Positions 22,600 to 32,698 of a stretch of DNA of 35,802 bases are shown piece by piece; position 1 is the first letter of the stretch, and each line of letters opens with the position of its first letter. The notes beneath the pieces were generated by a model, which was not told where the DNA came from, did not search any database, and saw nothing but the letters and a program-made list of their open reading frames with translations. Origin of the DNA: Perkinsus chesapeaki ATCC PRA-425 (Eukaryota > Protista > Perkinsozoa). Where the stretch lies: the NCBI GenBank assembly GCA_013115145.1, contig JAAPAO010000365.1, forward strand, positions 1 through 35,802, in the 5' to 3' direction. Both the position numbers and the translations under genes were made by a program.

Positions 22600-24560
22600 T
22601 ATTCCCCGCGAGTCCCAAATCCCTTATGACCTTTCTCATCAACGGCATTCATCCACTGCTTCGTTAATTTACCGATTGGTCCTTTGCCGGTAACCATCAC
22701 AACGTGTCGAATCGTATCGCGCTCCTCCCTTGTCAATGAAGATGAGAACTCATCAACTGAATACTTCTCCGCTGATTTCGCTTGCCACTGAGAGCACGAT
22801 AATATAAAGCCAAAATTTATTCCTTTTCCGTGTTTTTCCTCAATTCAGAAAACGCTCGAATTCCCTGAATGCCCCCGCTTCTCCCCGACGTATTACAGTT
22901 CGTAGTACACATCACCAGCGCGGCGCTGGCAGACACATACCTCCAGGGGTCATCTGAATTCCCATCCCGAGCAATTCACATCTCACAATAGTGGTGGTAT
23001 GGAACTTAGGGCTCCTACAAGCTGCCATACTACCAGATTGTATCGTAGAGTTGAACTATCAGTAGTTATTAACAGATAGTAACTATCTCACCCTTCTATT
23101 ATCGACAACAGATTCATCTTGAAATGCATAGGAGATTACTTTTGCAGGGAGGTATTTCCTTTCGTGCGCTCGGTCGCAGACTCCATTAAGTGATTATTTC
23201 CCGATAAAATACAAAGTGTTAGTTACACTAATTAATTATGTCATTGTCTGTTAGTTACAGTCTAGTATTTGCGTTTATAGTGTTCTTATTATGTCGGTGC
23301 GTATGTTAATTATTAATTATTCCTCAAATCAAACAGTTACTCATTTATTTTCAATTAATCATTTATTATCGTTAATTATTAATTACTCATACACACCAGT
23401 GGAACTCCCACTAATTTTCCACAGTAAAAAGGCAAACCTTAGTAGCACCAGCCCAATCGTTTCCTCCCCTAGTACCACTGGTTGATCCATGAGCCCCGCT
23501 CTGACCTTCAATAGCTGCCCTCTTAAATCAGTCCTTATAGGCTTATCATCCGCCTTAACACCTAGCCAACAGAACGCTAGGCAGATCATCGAACAGTTCG
23601 GGCAAGGACCGAGCGAATCCATAAAACCAGTATACCCCATGTGTATGCCATTCCGAACCCTATTATTGCTACTTCACACACCTCATTCATTAATTCTCCA
23701 AGGGAGCCGTCGTTTAAGCATTCAACTTATTTACCGATACTCTTTTGGCGTCTACGGATCCCAAAACTATCCTTCACAATTTCCTGGCGCGTGACGCTTC
23801 CCATTATTACTAATGTCCCATGGCCTAGGTATATTGTCAGGTGTATCGAGTATCTTAGGTCGAATACTCGAATTAACCGCCTTCTTGAACGCTATGACGG
23901 CTGCTGGCATATCAGACGAGTGGAACACCTGCAAAACGGTATATAATAATTACCAAATATAAAATAAATTTTTATGGAACAAAAAGTTTTCAGGAAATAA
24001 TGAAGTCCTGGGAATATACGGAAAATAATAATGCGCATTCCAGAATGATCCTAGGATGCAATCCGAGCCTTCCTGCAGCACGCCCGAAGTATTGGGAGCT
24101 CCTACCACCTACACCGGAGTGTGAACTTTTCGTGCCATCGTGCAATAAAATAAACATACGATTCTACGGCCGCCATTTTTCACAAAAACTAGGCCCTTAT
24201 CAGACCATTTTTTGCAGGCTGGTCTTGCAAATTCAATTTACTTTAAGCCTTGTAATATTGGCTCAGGTACCTACTCAGTTGTAGAAACTTTCTTCTGAAA
24301 ATGAAGCCTCTCTGATTCCTCTAGTATTTCCAGTTCTAGTTTTACTCACTCCGTGATGCCATTCTTTCGTATTTGTTACCGTAAATTATCTCATACATTC
24401 CGTACCGTATCATGGCTCCATCTGGCCACCCCAATCTCTCATGTCCTTCCTACCCGCTCGCCATTCCTATAATCAATTCTTTCACCATGGACACTTCCAA
24501 CTTGGAATGATGCCTTCTTGAACTTCATCGCTGATTCCTTTGCTAGTTCTCCTGTACCTA
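22600..24560 (-). CDS. Probable coding exons of an unresolved hypothetical gene (may be the 5' part of the 18690-22520 gene)
   Basis: Several AG/GT-bounded open segments (GTGELAKESAMKFKK.., GAMIRYGMYEIIYGNKYERMASR, VFHSSDMPAAVIAFKKA, VLGEETIGLVLLRFAFLLW, FSSSLTREERDTIRHVVMVTGK). No single consistent splice path was established. Confidence 0.4.
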
Positions 24561-25001
24561 TGAAACACGGAGTCGGTCTTAGTAGCTGCAATAGTGATAT
24601 GAAAGGATTCAGAAATGGCATTGAGATGGCTTAGAAAAATGTGCCAGAAGAATCGATAAAAAGACCTTTGCGGAATTTTCTAGAATCAATAAATTTTCAT
24701 TGTTCCTTTTAATTTCCAACACAGGTCTGAAAGAATGTGTCGACAGCGAAATAGAGGCTGCCGTACTTTGAATGGATGTGAGATTGAGAACACTAAATGA
24801 GTATAAGACATTGTTAATGCGTGCCGTGGTGGAGTAAAAAAGTCTTCATTAAATTTTTTATCTCCGAGGTACTACGACGCACAGAAAGCCTACAACAAAC
24901 CTCTAACATATCTTGCACGCTCCAACCCAAGATGCCCTATTACATCTGCTCCGCCATAGCTTATCAGCGTCATCGTATCCTTTCTTATTGAAGTGTGCCA
25001 A

Positions 25002-26436
25002 ATGGCTTTCCATCTTCAACAACTAAAAAACGCAACTCGGCAAGTCTTGTGTGGGCTAGCGCATAATTTCGTGGCGCGCGACAGCGCATCCAGCTTGATC
25101 GTATCACTGTCAGCCGGTAGAAGTGACGATCCCTCATTATTTATGGGGAAAACTAGTACTGATAACAGGAAGGTAAGGTATGATAGATGCACAGGCTGGC
25201 ATGAACGCCAAGATGTTCATTAACTGAAATCTGGGCTTCGGAACAGTTCAGCATCCTGCATGTTGAAAGTAGGTTTGCTGTCGATTCCAAAACTTCTTGA
25301 TCGACCTCGATGAAATGAAATAAACTATTGGATCAACATTGCGGCAATAAGAAGGCCGGTATAAGGGAACTATTAAGTTGATAATAACTATTAGGGGTGA
25401 AATAAATTCAGAAAACCAAAGAGCAAAGCTTGCTGTTTCATCGAAATAATATTATTATTTTTCCCTATAATTGATATTATTTAGTTTTCCTTATAATTAA
25501 CATTATTATTCTTCCCTATAATTAATATTATTTAGTTTTCCTTATAATTGACATTATTAGCTTTCCTTATAGTTATTATTATTAGTTTCTCCTATAATGT
25601 TTTCCCTATTACCATCAACCGATCACATAGATCCCCGTAGTGTAATATTATCACCTTCGGACGTCATTAAATCTGGATATGTATTAAAACAAAGCAAGCA
25701 TCTAAGACAGTGGAAGCGCCGATGGTTGGTGCTAACCAATGACATGCTATGTAGCTTCACAGCAAAAGGTAATACGGCCGGGTTCCAAAAACGAAACATT
25801 TCAAAACTACGTTTGAGTTCGAGAAGTGGTCTCTCGGAAGTTTGATAAAAATGCAAGTCAGTGAATATTTTTTTATTTTTAGAAAAAACATTAAAACCTT
25901 TCGGGAATCCTACGGCATATCAGTTTTCAAACCTGCACTTTCTCGCCACTCGCTCGTGTGCTTTTGGGCGGTCTGCAAGCTCCTTCATATTCTATGTTAT
26001 TTTTTGTATCATTAATAGGATATTTCGAGGCTTGAGCTCATTGTTAGTAGATGGTTTTTACTATCAGGGGCGATGGCGTATCCGACTGAGGCGCTGTTGT
26101 TGCGATTGTGTTCATCGGTGAAATCGGCAGACGAGGAAACGGGACAGGCTAATTCTTTCAAGTAAGAAGTATCTTGTATCGGTATGAAATGCACGCTTCA
26201 AGCTCAGAGTTGACTCTTCAAGTAGAGTTTTCTATCTAATAGCGGAAACGCCTTCCGAAAAGGAATCGTGGATCGGTCAAATTGGTCGGCAAATGATTCG
26301 TCCTGAAGTAATATTAAATCGTGAGAATGACGATGTCGAATCTCCGGCGGAGCGGAACACCTCTACCGCTTATGTGGTGGGTAGCTCATTTGGATCTCGG
26401 AAAGATATGTCACAATTCCCTAATGGCTTTGATTGA
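25002..26436 (+). CDS. Small pleckstrin homology (PH) domain protein
   Basis: Spliced PH domain: VIKSGYVLKQSKHLRQWKRRWLVLT..LCSF|..PTEALLLRLCSSVKSADEETGQANSFK|VDSSSRVFYLIAETPSEKESWIGQIGRQM, with the conserved C-terminal helix Trp. The first exons are tentative. Confidence 0.85.
25440..25610. repeat. AT-rich degenerate minisatellite (about 21-23-nt unit) in a PH-gene intron
   Basis: Repeated TTCC(C/T)TATAATT(G/A)A(T/C)ATTATT units. Confidence 0.8.
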
Positions 26437-26501
26437 CGAAAACAAAAAGGATTGCGTTTTGGAAGGGTTCACAAGAGTTAGTTTTTTCGGTATTTTCAAT
26501 A

Positions 26502-28567
26502 ATGCCGGCTACTACGTGTGCGAAGGCGTTGCAGTTGTGGCAGGAGAAGCATGAGGTAATGTATCAAACCTCTCGCGTATCTTGCACGGGTCAACCTGGG
26601 ATAGGTGTGGTCTCTTTGGTTGCTTTCAGTAGACTCGTCCATATCGTTTGCACTTATTACATTTCCGCTTCGCGCACGTTTCCATCAGACTGAGGGAATG
26701 GTACATCTCTCGGAAGCGACTGAAATTTCTGTTTTTCCCGCAATGAACCTGTGGTTAGTGACTCGGCAGTAATAGTGGTACATAGTTATCAATCCGCATT
26801 TACGTACGAGGTGGGGCTAATGCGATGGCTCAGTAGGATTCTCGGAAGAATATAATCTCGGGTATCACCTGTAGTAGGATCTATCACCGATAATAGGCTC
26901 TATCACCGATAATAGGATATACGTGTCCAGCGTGAAGAAACGGCCATTGCATTTTCACAGGTGATTGCTCTAGGGCTCCTAGAACGTACTTGTTTCAGGG
27001 GGCCAATCCAGAGGAGGCGGAAATAATCAAATTGATGTGTCTGATACCACCAATAGAGAAGCTGGACTCAGTGCTGAATAGTCTGGTTAATGTAGAAGTC
27101 TGGGGCGAGGATCGAACCGGGGACCTCTTGATGGTTAGGTTAAACATTTATCTCTCTCGACTAATTGCATTGACAAGATGATACCGCTGCCTGGATTGAA
27201 GAATCTGCAGATTTTGTCGCTGGGAAGGAACCAGATTAAAAAGATCATGTGTCTTGAGGAAGTAATGCCGGATGCGTCTAGCGCCGCGGTGGGGTTGTTT
27301 AACGACTCACCAAGGTCAGTAGAAATGTGACTCACCAAGGTCAGTATAAATGTGACTCACCAAGGTCAGTATAAATGGGACTCACCAAGGTCTGTAGAAA
27401 TGGGACTCGCCAAGGTCTGTAGAAATGGGACTCACCAAGGTCAGTAGAAATGTGATCTCGACGGAAAAGCTAGTAGCTTTCGTAGTTCTATTGATTCTCG
27501 TAGTTTGTGTCTCTGGGCTGTGGTAGCTTTTGCAAAAAATAGAGCTCGATCGAAAAGGAGACTAAACACTGAAGCTGTGGTTGAATCCTCCTCGCTGTTT
27601 CTGAATGGTCTTATCTATACGTTATAAAAGCTCTCGTTTGTTAATTCCGTAAGTTACCAAGAATCTTCGACGCAGAGGAGTTACAGCGTCCGCATTTGAT
27701 CAGGTCGGTGCATCACTGCAGCAGTTATGGATATCCTATAATCAAATATCCTCACTGGTAGTATCTTTGCGCACTATAACGATTTTCCTCTGGAGTTCAG
27801 GACGGTCTCGGCCCCTGTGTAAAACTGCACACACTTTACATTTCCAATAACAAGATCGCTTCGTGGGACGAAGTCTCGTGAGGATTTTTTGCGATAGATT
27901 TTTTCGATTGAATTTCTCCTTCAGGAAGCTTTCGTCATTGCCGCAACTGACTAATGTGTGTTTGGTGGGAAACCCGATTTATGAGGTCGGAAAAATGCGG
28001 GATGCGGGGATCGAACCCGGGTCATTCGATACCATCAGGGCTTCACTCGCAAAAGCGTTCGTCCAATTGTCATGAAGCATTTTCCAGGCGTAAAGACTCT
28101 CGATGGGGAAATGGTCACTGGTAGGAGGCAGGAGATTTGATATCGATCACTAGGGCGTGCGCTACTTGTAAATGTGTAGGTGTGGACAACACGGATGAGC
28201 TGATAGAAACGTTGCGGACGAAATTGGTCGAGAAATACGGAAGCCTGGACAAGGCGTTTGAAGGGTATGGCGATGATCTCGCTGTTAGTGAGGAGGAATT
28301 CGGGAAGATTATGGCTGAGTTCGGCATTGAAGGGGTCAGCGCTGCGGTAAGAGAAGGGACACAGGTTCGATTCTTGGCGCAGACATTCTTTGTCGTGGCC
28401 TGTGAGAGGCCACTGTCACACGTTCGGTCTGTTGTTGAGTGGTTTTTGCTGACCTCGCTTTATCCAGCCTTATATGGCTTTATATTCCTCAGGATGCCTT
28501 TCGACATGTTGATGTCGACGGAACTGGACAAGTTACCATTGGTGCATTCAAGTCTGCTATTGGCTGA
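26502..28567 (+). CDS. DNAL1: Axonemal dynein light chain 1 (LC1, leucine-rich repeat) with a C-terminal EF-hand extension
   Basis: [18 protein letters not shown]|[31 protein letters not shown]|[71 protein letters not shown], followed in frame by an exon ending [24 protein letters not shown]. Confidence 0.92.
27092..27138 (-). other. 47-nt DNAL1 intron carrying a tRNA 3'-half-like sequence (antisense to host)
   Basis: Minus strand ctaaccatcAAGAGGTC CCCGG TTCGATC CTCGC CCCAGAC ttctac. Confidence 0.65.
27304..27453. repeat. Tandem repeat, 6 x 25 nt, in DNAL1 intron 3
   Basis: Unit GACTCACCAAGGTC(A/T)GTA(G/T)AAATG(T/G), head to tail with no spacers. Confidence 0.95.
27986..28038 (-). other. 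53-nt DNAL1 intron carrying a tRNA 3'-half-like sequence (antisense to host)
   Basis: Minus strand gtatcGAATGAC CCGGG TTCGATC CCCGC ATCCCGC A TTTTT ccgac. Confidence 0.75.
28347..28392 (+). other. 5' part of the last DNAL1 intron (28347-28492) carrying a tRNA 3'-end-like sequence (sense)
   Basis: gtaagagaagggac ACAGG TTCGATT CTTGG CGCAGAC A TTCTTT. Confidence 0.65.
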
Positions 28568-28651
28568 TACAGTAATATCATGTATATGATGATACTCATG
28601 TTAGTCTTGCCATTTTGTGTTACTAGTATTTTGAAAAGTGGCCAAAAGACA

Positions 28652-28790
28652 GTGTCAAAGCGGGCGTTAGTGGTTTGTGTCAAAGCGGGCGTTAGTGGTT
28701 TGTGTCAAAGCGGGCGTTAGTGGTTTGTGTCAAAGCGGGCGTTAGGGGTTTGTGTCAAAGCGGGCGTTAGGGGTTTGTGTCAAAGCGGGC
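28652..28790. repeat. Tandem repeat, about 5.5 x 25 nt, downstream of DNAL1
   Basis: Unit GTGTCAAAGCGGGCGTTAG(T/G)GGTTT, head to tail. Confidence 0.95.
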
Positions 28791-29304
28791 GCGCGTCAAT
28801 GCCACATAGGTGACCAAATAGTGCCTCCACGTCGTAGGGCCCATGAGTACGAACTTGTGCGTTTAATAGCATTTGAGTCGCATATCAGTACTCGGTTAGA
28901 AGTATGTTGAATATTGCTTGTTTAATAAAGCTCGAAGTTTAACGTCAGGAAGGAAATTTGTTTTGTGTCTCTCCTTCCGCCAGAAGGAAGATTTATCCAA
29001 CCGGACTTTCTATTATATCCCTGTTCCGGGAGCACTCCTTGGTTTTCAAGGCAAAGATTCCCGCGACTTTTGACGAGATTCAGGCTTGACAAAGCGGATG
29101 GTACTCGTCGTACTGTACTGCTCGTTGATTAGGGGTAATGCGATCCGGATTCGTTGAACAAATTTTGTTTCACGGAAGTTCAAGTTTTTTCATGCTATCC
29201 AATTTGGTCGAATCCCCGAATTTCTCAGAAGCGGTGCTCTCAGGCGCTTTTATGAGCGTAAGCTTTTCCTAAAGCTGTTGAATGATAATATTATCGATTT
29301 TGCT

Positions 29305-32136
29305 TTAGGTATGTTCAATTGTGGCCGCGGGAACTTCGGTGTTTTTAGTTAACTTGATGAAAGGCGGGCAAACTGCACCGAGGGTGCTGGAAAGTAGGTG
29401 CCAGTGAGTTCGCCTCCATCTCCACCGATGGCCGTTGTTGATTTCGGCATCTTTTAAAATTGTCTTTATTAAGTGTAGGAGGCTGGAGTTCTTCACTCTT
29501 CGCACCAATGGCAGTCTATGGTAATTTGTTGGTAATTTACCATCAATTAAATGTTTCAAGACCCGTACTCGATCTGAGCGTGTTTCGCTTTGATACGCTC
29601 TGACAGAGCGGCTCTGCTTCTGATACTGATCCTGGAATTGCGGGGCTTTTTATTGAGAACTCTCCTAGAGAAACTTCCCTTAGCAAGGAATCATTACACA
29701 GGAAGTTACAAACCTTGACGGCAACTGGATGAAGTATCGGCTCCCGTGGCAATAACGTTGCTCTACTCGGTAGTGGGAATCGGTTTGAACTGACTTGGAA
29801 CTTACATGGATTGAGGATCAATGATGAGCCCCACTCAGGGTCACGGTAACCTGGAAGTTCCAGGCTGGAACGGGTTAGCCGGTTACCATTGGTGGCCTAC
29901 TTCCCCGGTGGCGGCTTTGGGGTCCCTAATTTCTCTTCAATGTCAAATATTGTTGGATGTCCGCGTCGAAGTATATCGGCGGCACCTCGCAGACTCCGGT
30001 CTAACGTTGACACTTTGCCTAGGCCCTAGGGTTTGTATACGCGACCGTTTGCATTACGGTATTGTCTGGTATTACCAGACTGGTAGCCAGCCAAGACTAC
30101 GGCATGAACTTCGTGCCGTAAAGGCTGGTTAGAAGTCCTAACTTGGGACTCGGACTGACTCACTCAGGGAGTCTCCATGGGCAGCTCTCACTGGGGGGCA
30201 CACAGTCAGAGCTCTTCTGGTAAGTCCAATCTGAACGAGAAATTCTTGCCAAGAATTAGACTGAGTATACCACGTACCCTGCCAAGTTGGTCGTGCCTCA
30301 CGGTGGATGACCTATCTGCCATCAGGGTCCTCGCATAAATCTCAGCGCTAGGAAGGAGGTACTGTTCCAGCGTAGCTGGGGAGAAGTTCAGGAGATCTGG
30401 CAGTTCTGAACTGGTGTCTTGATCGATGTTAGCGATGTCACGGCCAGTCATTACCTTGGAGATGCCTTTCAGGATGTAAGTGAATAGCAAGTCGGTGGAC
30501 AGTCCACCGTGGACTTCATTCTGCCTCGTATGCCGAGAAATTAGGAGAACCCAACCCTCCTTCCTAAGCCACCACCGCATTGATCGGATCAATTCGGTGG
30601 CGGCGAATCAATTTGATCCGTTCAATGCATGGGTTTGCGGCATAAAAGCAGCAACTTGCTGCCAGCAAGGTACATGCCGAGAATTAGAATAGACTGCGCG
30701 CGCGTCTACATTGATATTAGCAAGTGTTTCGGAAGTCTAAGAACGTAATTAGTTGAGCCAAGATGACTACAATTTAGATCTCCAAGAGTTTCGGTTATCG
30801 AGCAAGATTAGTTGAGCCAAGATGACTACAATTTAGATCTCCAAGGGTTTCGGTTATCGAGCAAGATTAGTTGAGCCAATATGACTACAATTTAGATCTC
30901 CATAATATGGATTACATTTCAATTTGAGATTCTCAAAGGGTCACTCGTGCATATCTTCTCTGTTAGCTGCTGTATCGGATAGCCGGATAATTTGAATCCA
31001 GGCAGACAAATCGTTTCCTGTTAGTGTATACGGAGACTGACGCCAGGCCTTCGTAAGTCATGAATGAGACTCCGTTTTCCTGTCAGGCAATCCCATTGGA
31101 TATGGCATTGATAATCTGGGTCTTAAACTGTGCGAGTTTCGTAATATGAAATTCGCATTAACTGTTGATTGAGATTGGAAAGGGTTTCCAGGAAACCCCA
31201 TCCGGCCTTGTCAACCATTGGCTTTGGAGCTCCTTGATCATACTCATAAGACCTCCTATATGACGAGACTATGACTCCTCGCGTATGACGAGACTAGTCT
31301 GACGCAATAGCCTGCTGCTAGTGCCAGAAATTTGGTACCATCACTCCATACTTCTCCAAAAGGCCCGGAATCACAGGGGCTTTTCTTAGAGCAATAAATT
31401 TACTCGTAGATGACAGTGCCAAAGGAATGCATTCTTCCATTTAGTAGCTCTTTCAGTTTCTCTTACCGTTTTTCCTCAATCTTGGATTCTGATAAGGGCT
31501 TTCGCATAGTTGGCACGGTCTGCTGGTTTCCAAGAGCCTGCTGGGGTGAGGACGGTAGCTATATCGCCCTGCTCATCATTCTCCTTTGCCTCGATTCGAC
31601 GCGCTTGAACAATGCCTCAACAACGTCGCTGGGGGCAGGCGAATTACGCCGAAGGAACGCCGAAGGACTCCCTCGTTTGTCGGAGGGCATCGGTCCGATG
31701 CCATCGGACAATCGCTTTTCCCGGCTCTGCTCGGCGTTGTCGTTCGTGGAGGTTAGGAGCTGTGCTAGCAGGCTGCTAATGTGTTGCTCCGTGGGTCGGA
31801 TGTCACCTTTGTTGTCGCGGGGTGGGGCGGGGAGCCGGAGCGGCTCCTTGGTCTTGTTGGACGTTCTTTCCAGGCGCGGATCTTCGCCGCTTGCAGGGCC
31901 GCTGTTTTATGGGGTATATTGAGCACCAGTTCCTCGAGCTTAGTGATGGAGTCCATTTTTAGTAGCATGAAGCCGTCTACGTCGGCGAATAAGGTTCTCA
32001 CGGAGACGCTGCCCACAAAGGGAAAGTGCTCCTGGGCCGCGAGGGCTTCGGATGTGGAGGACTTGCGGGTAACCGGCCTCGCTTAGGCAGTCGAGGCCGG
32101 AGGAGGGGTGCTGGTAATGGAGTCCGAATTGGCCAT
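29305..32136 (-). pseudogene. Chain of decayed ORF fragments (pseudogene or old retroelement-like remnant)
   Basis: Consecutive minus-strand protein-like segments broken by stops and frameshifts: MANSDSITS..*..VRTLFADVDGFMLLKMDSITKLEELV; EQHISSLLAQLL..VVEALFKRVE; MSMIKELQSQW..; FTYILKGISKVMTG..EQYLLPSAEIYARTL. No diagnostic RT, integrase or recombinase motif recognised. Confidence 0.4.
30748..30901. repeat. Tandem repeat, about 2.6 x 59 nt
   Basis: Unit ATTAGTTGAGCCAAGATGACTACAATTTAGATCTCCAAG(A/G)GTTTCGGTTATCGAGCAAG. Confidence 0.95.
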
Positions 32137-32698
32137 GAAAAATATTGACGTAGCGATTGAGGATTCCTCGTCAATTCTTTGCGATGAGTGAGCAATGCTC
32201 GATTCCGCGATTCCTGTTGCAGGAGATTCCTCAGTGAGCAACAGGAATTGCTGCACGGGCGGCGAGCGAACACCCCTGTGGGGGACTAGTCGCACCGTAT
32301 GGAAACACATGTAGCCACTACTCTGCAAAGCTAGCCGCTATCAAGGGCTGCTAGGACCACTTTGTCCCGCGGCGTCGTGCGAGGCAGCATGTTCGGCCAC
32401 TCTGGAACCTGTCTTCCAGTAATGCATTCCGCATACTGTACGCGGCATACATTTTCGCGCACAGGCTCAACCTGCTGTTGGCAGCATTGAACCACTATTA
32501 ACTGAAGAGTGCGATGCGAAGTTCGCATTGCGAACATTCAAGAAAACAACAACTTTGCAAACTACATTTTCGAAGAAGTCGGATATCGTCTCAATTACCA
32601 TTTCTCGACTAGTTAGTAGAAAACCCGAACAGCGGCCTGACTAGCGGACCGAGCTCGCCGGACTCAACTTCGTTCCGTTTGCGGCAGACGGCTTCGCA

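Noticed and set aside
27304-27453. CRISPR-like array
   Set aside because: Units are head to tail with no unique spacers, there are no cas genes, and the context is a eukaryotic intron. The same applies to 28652-28790 and 30748-30901.
9337-28392. Functional tRNA genes at the T-loop motifs
   Set aside because: No 5' acceptor strand, D-arm or A-box at the right distance; the upstream sequence is exon or splice site, and T-stems are partly mismatched.
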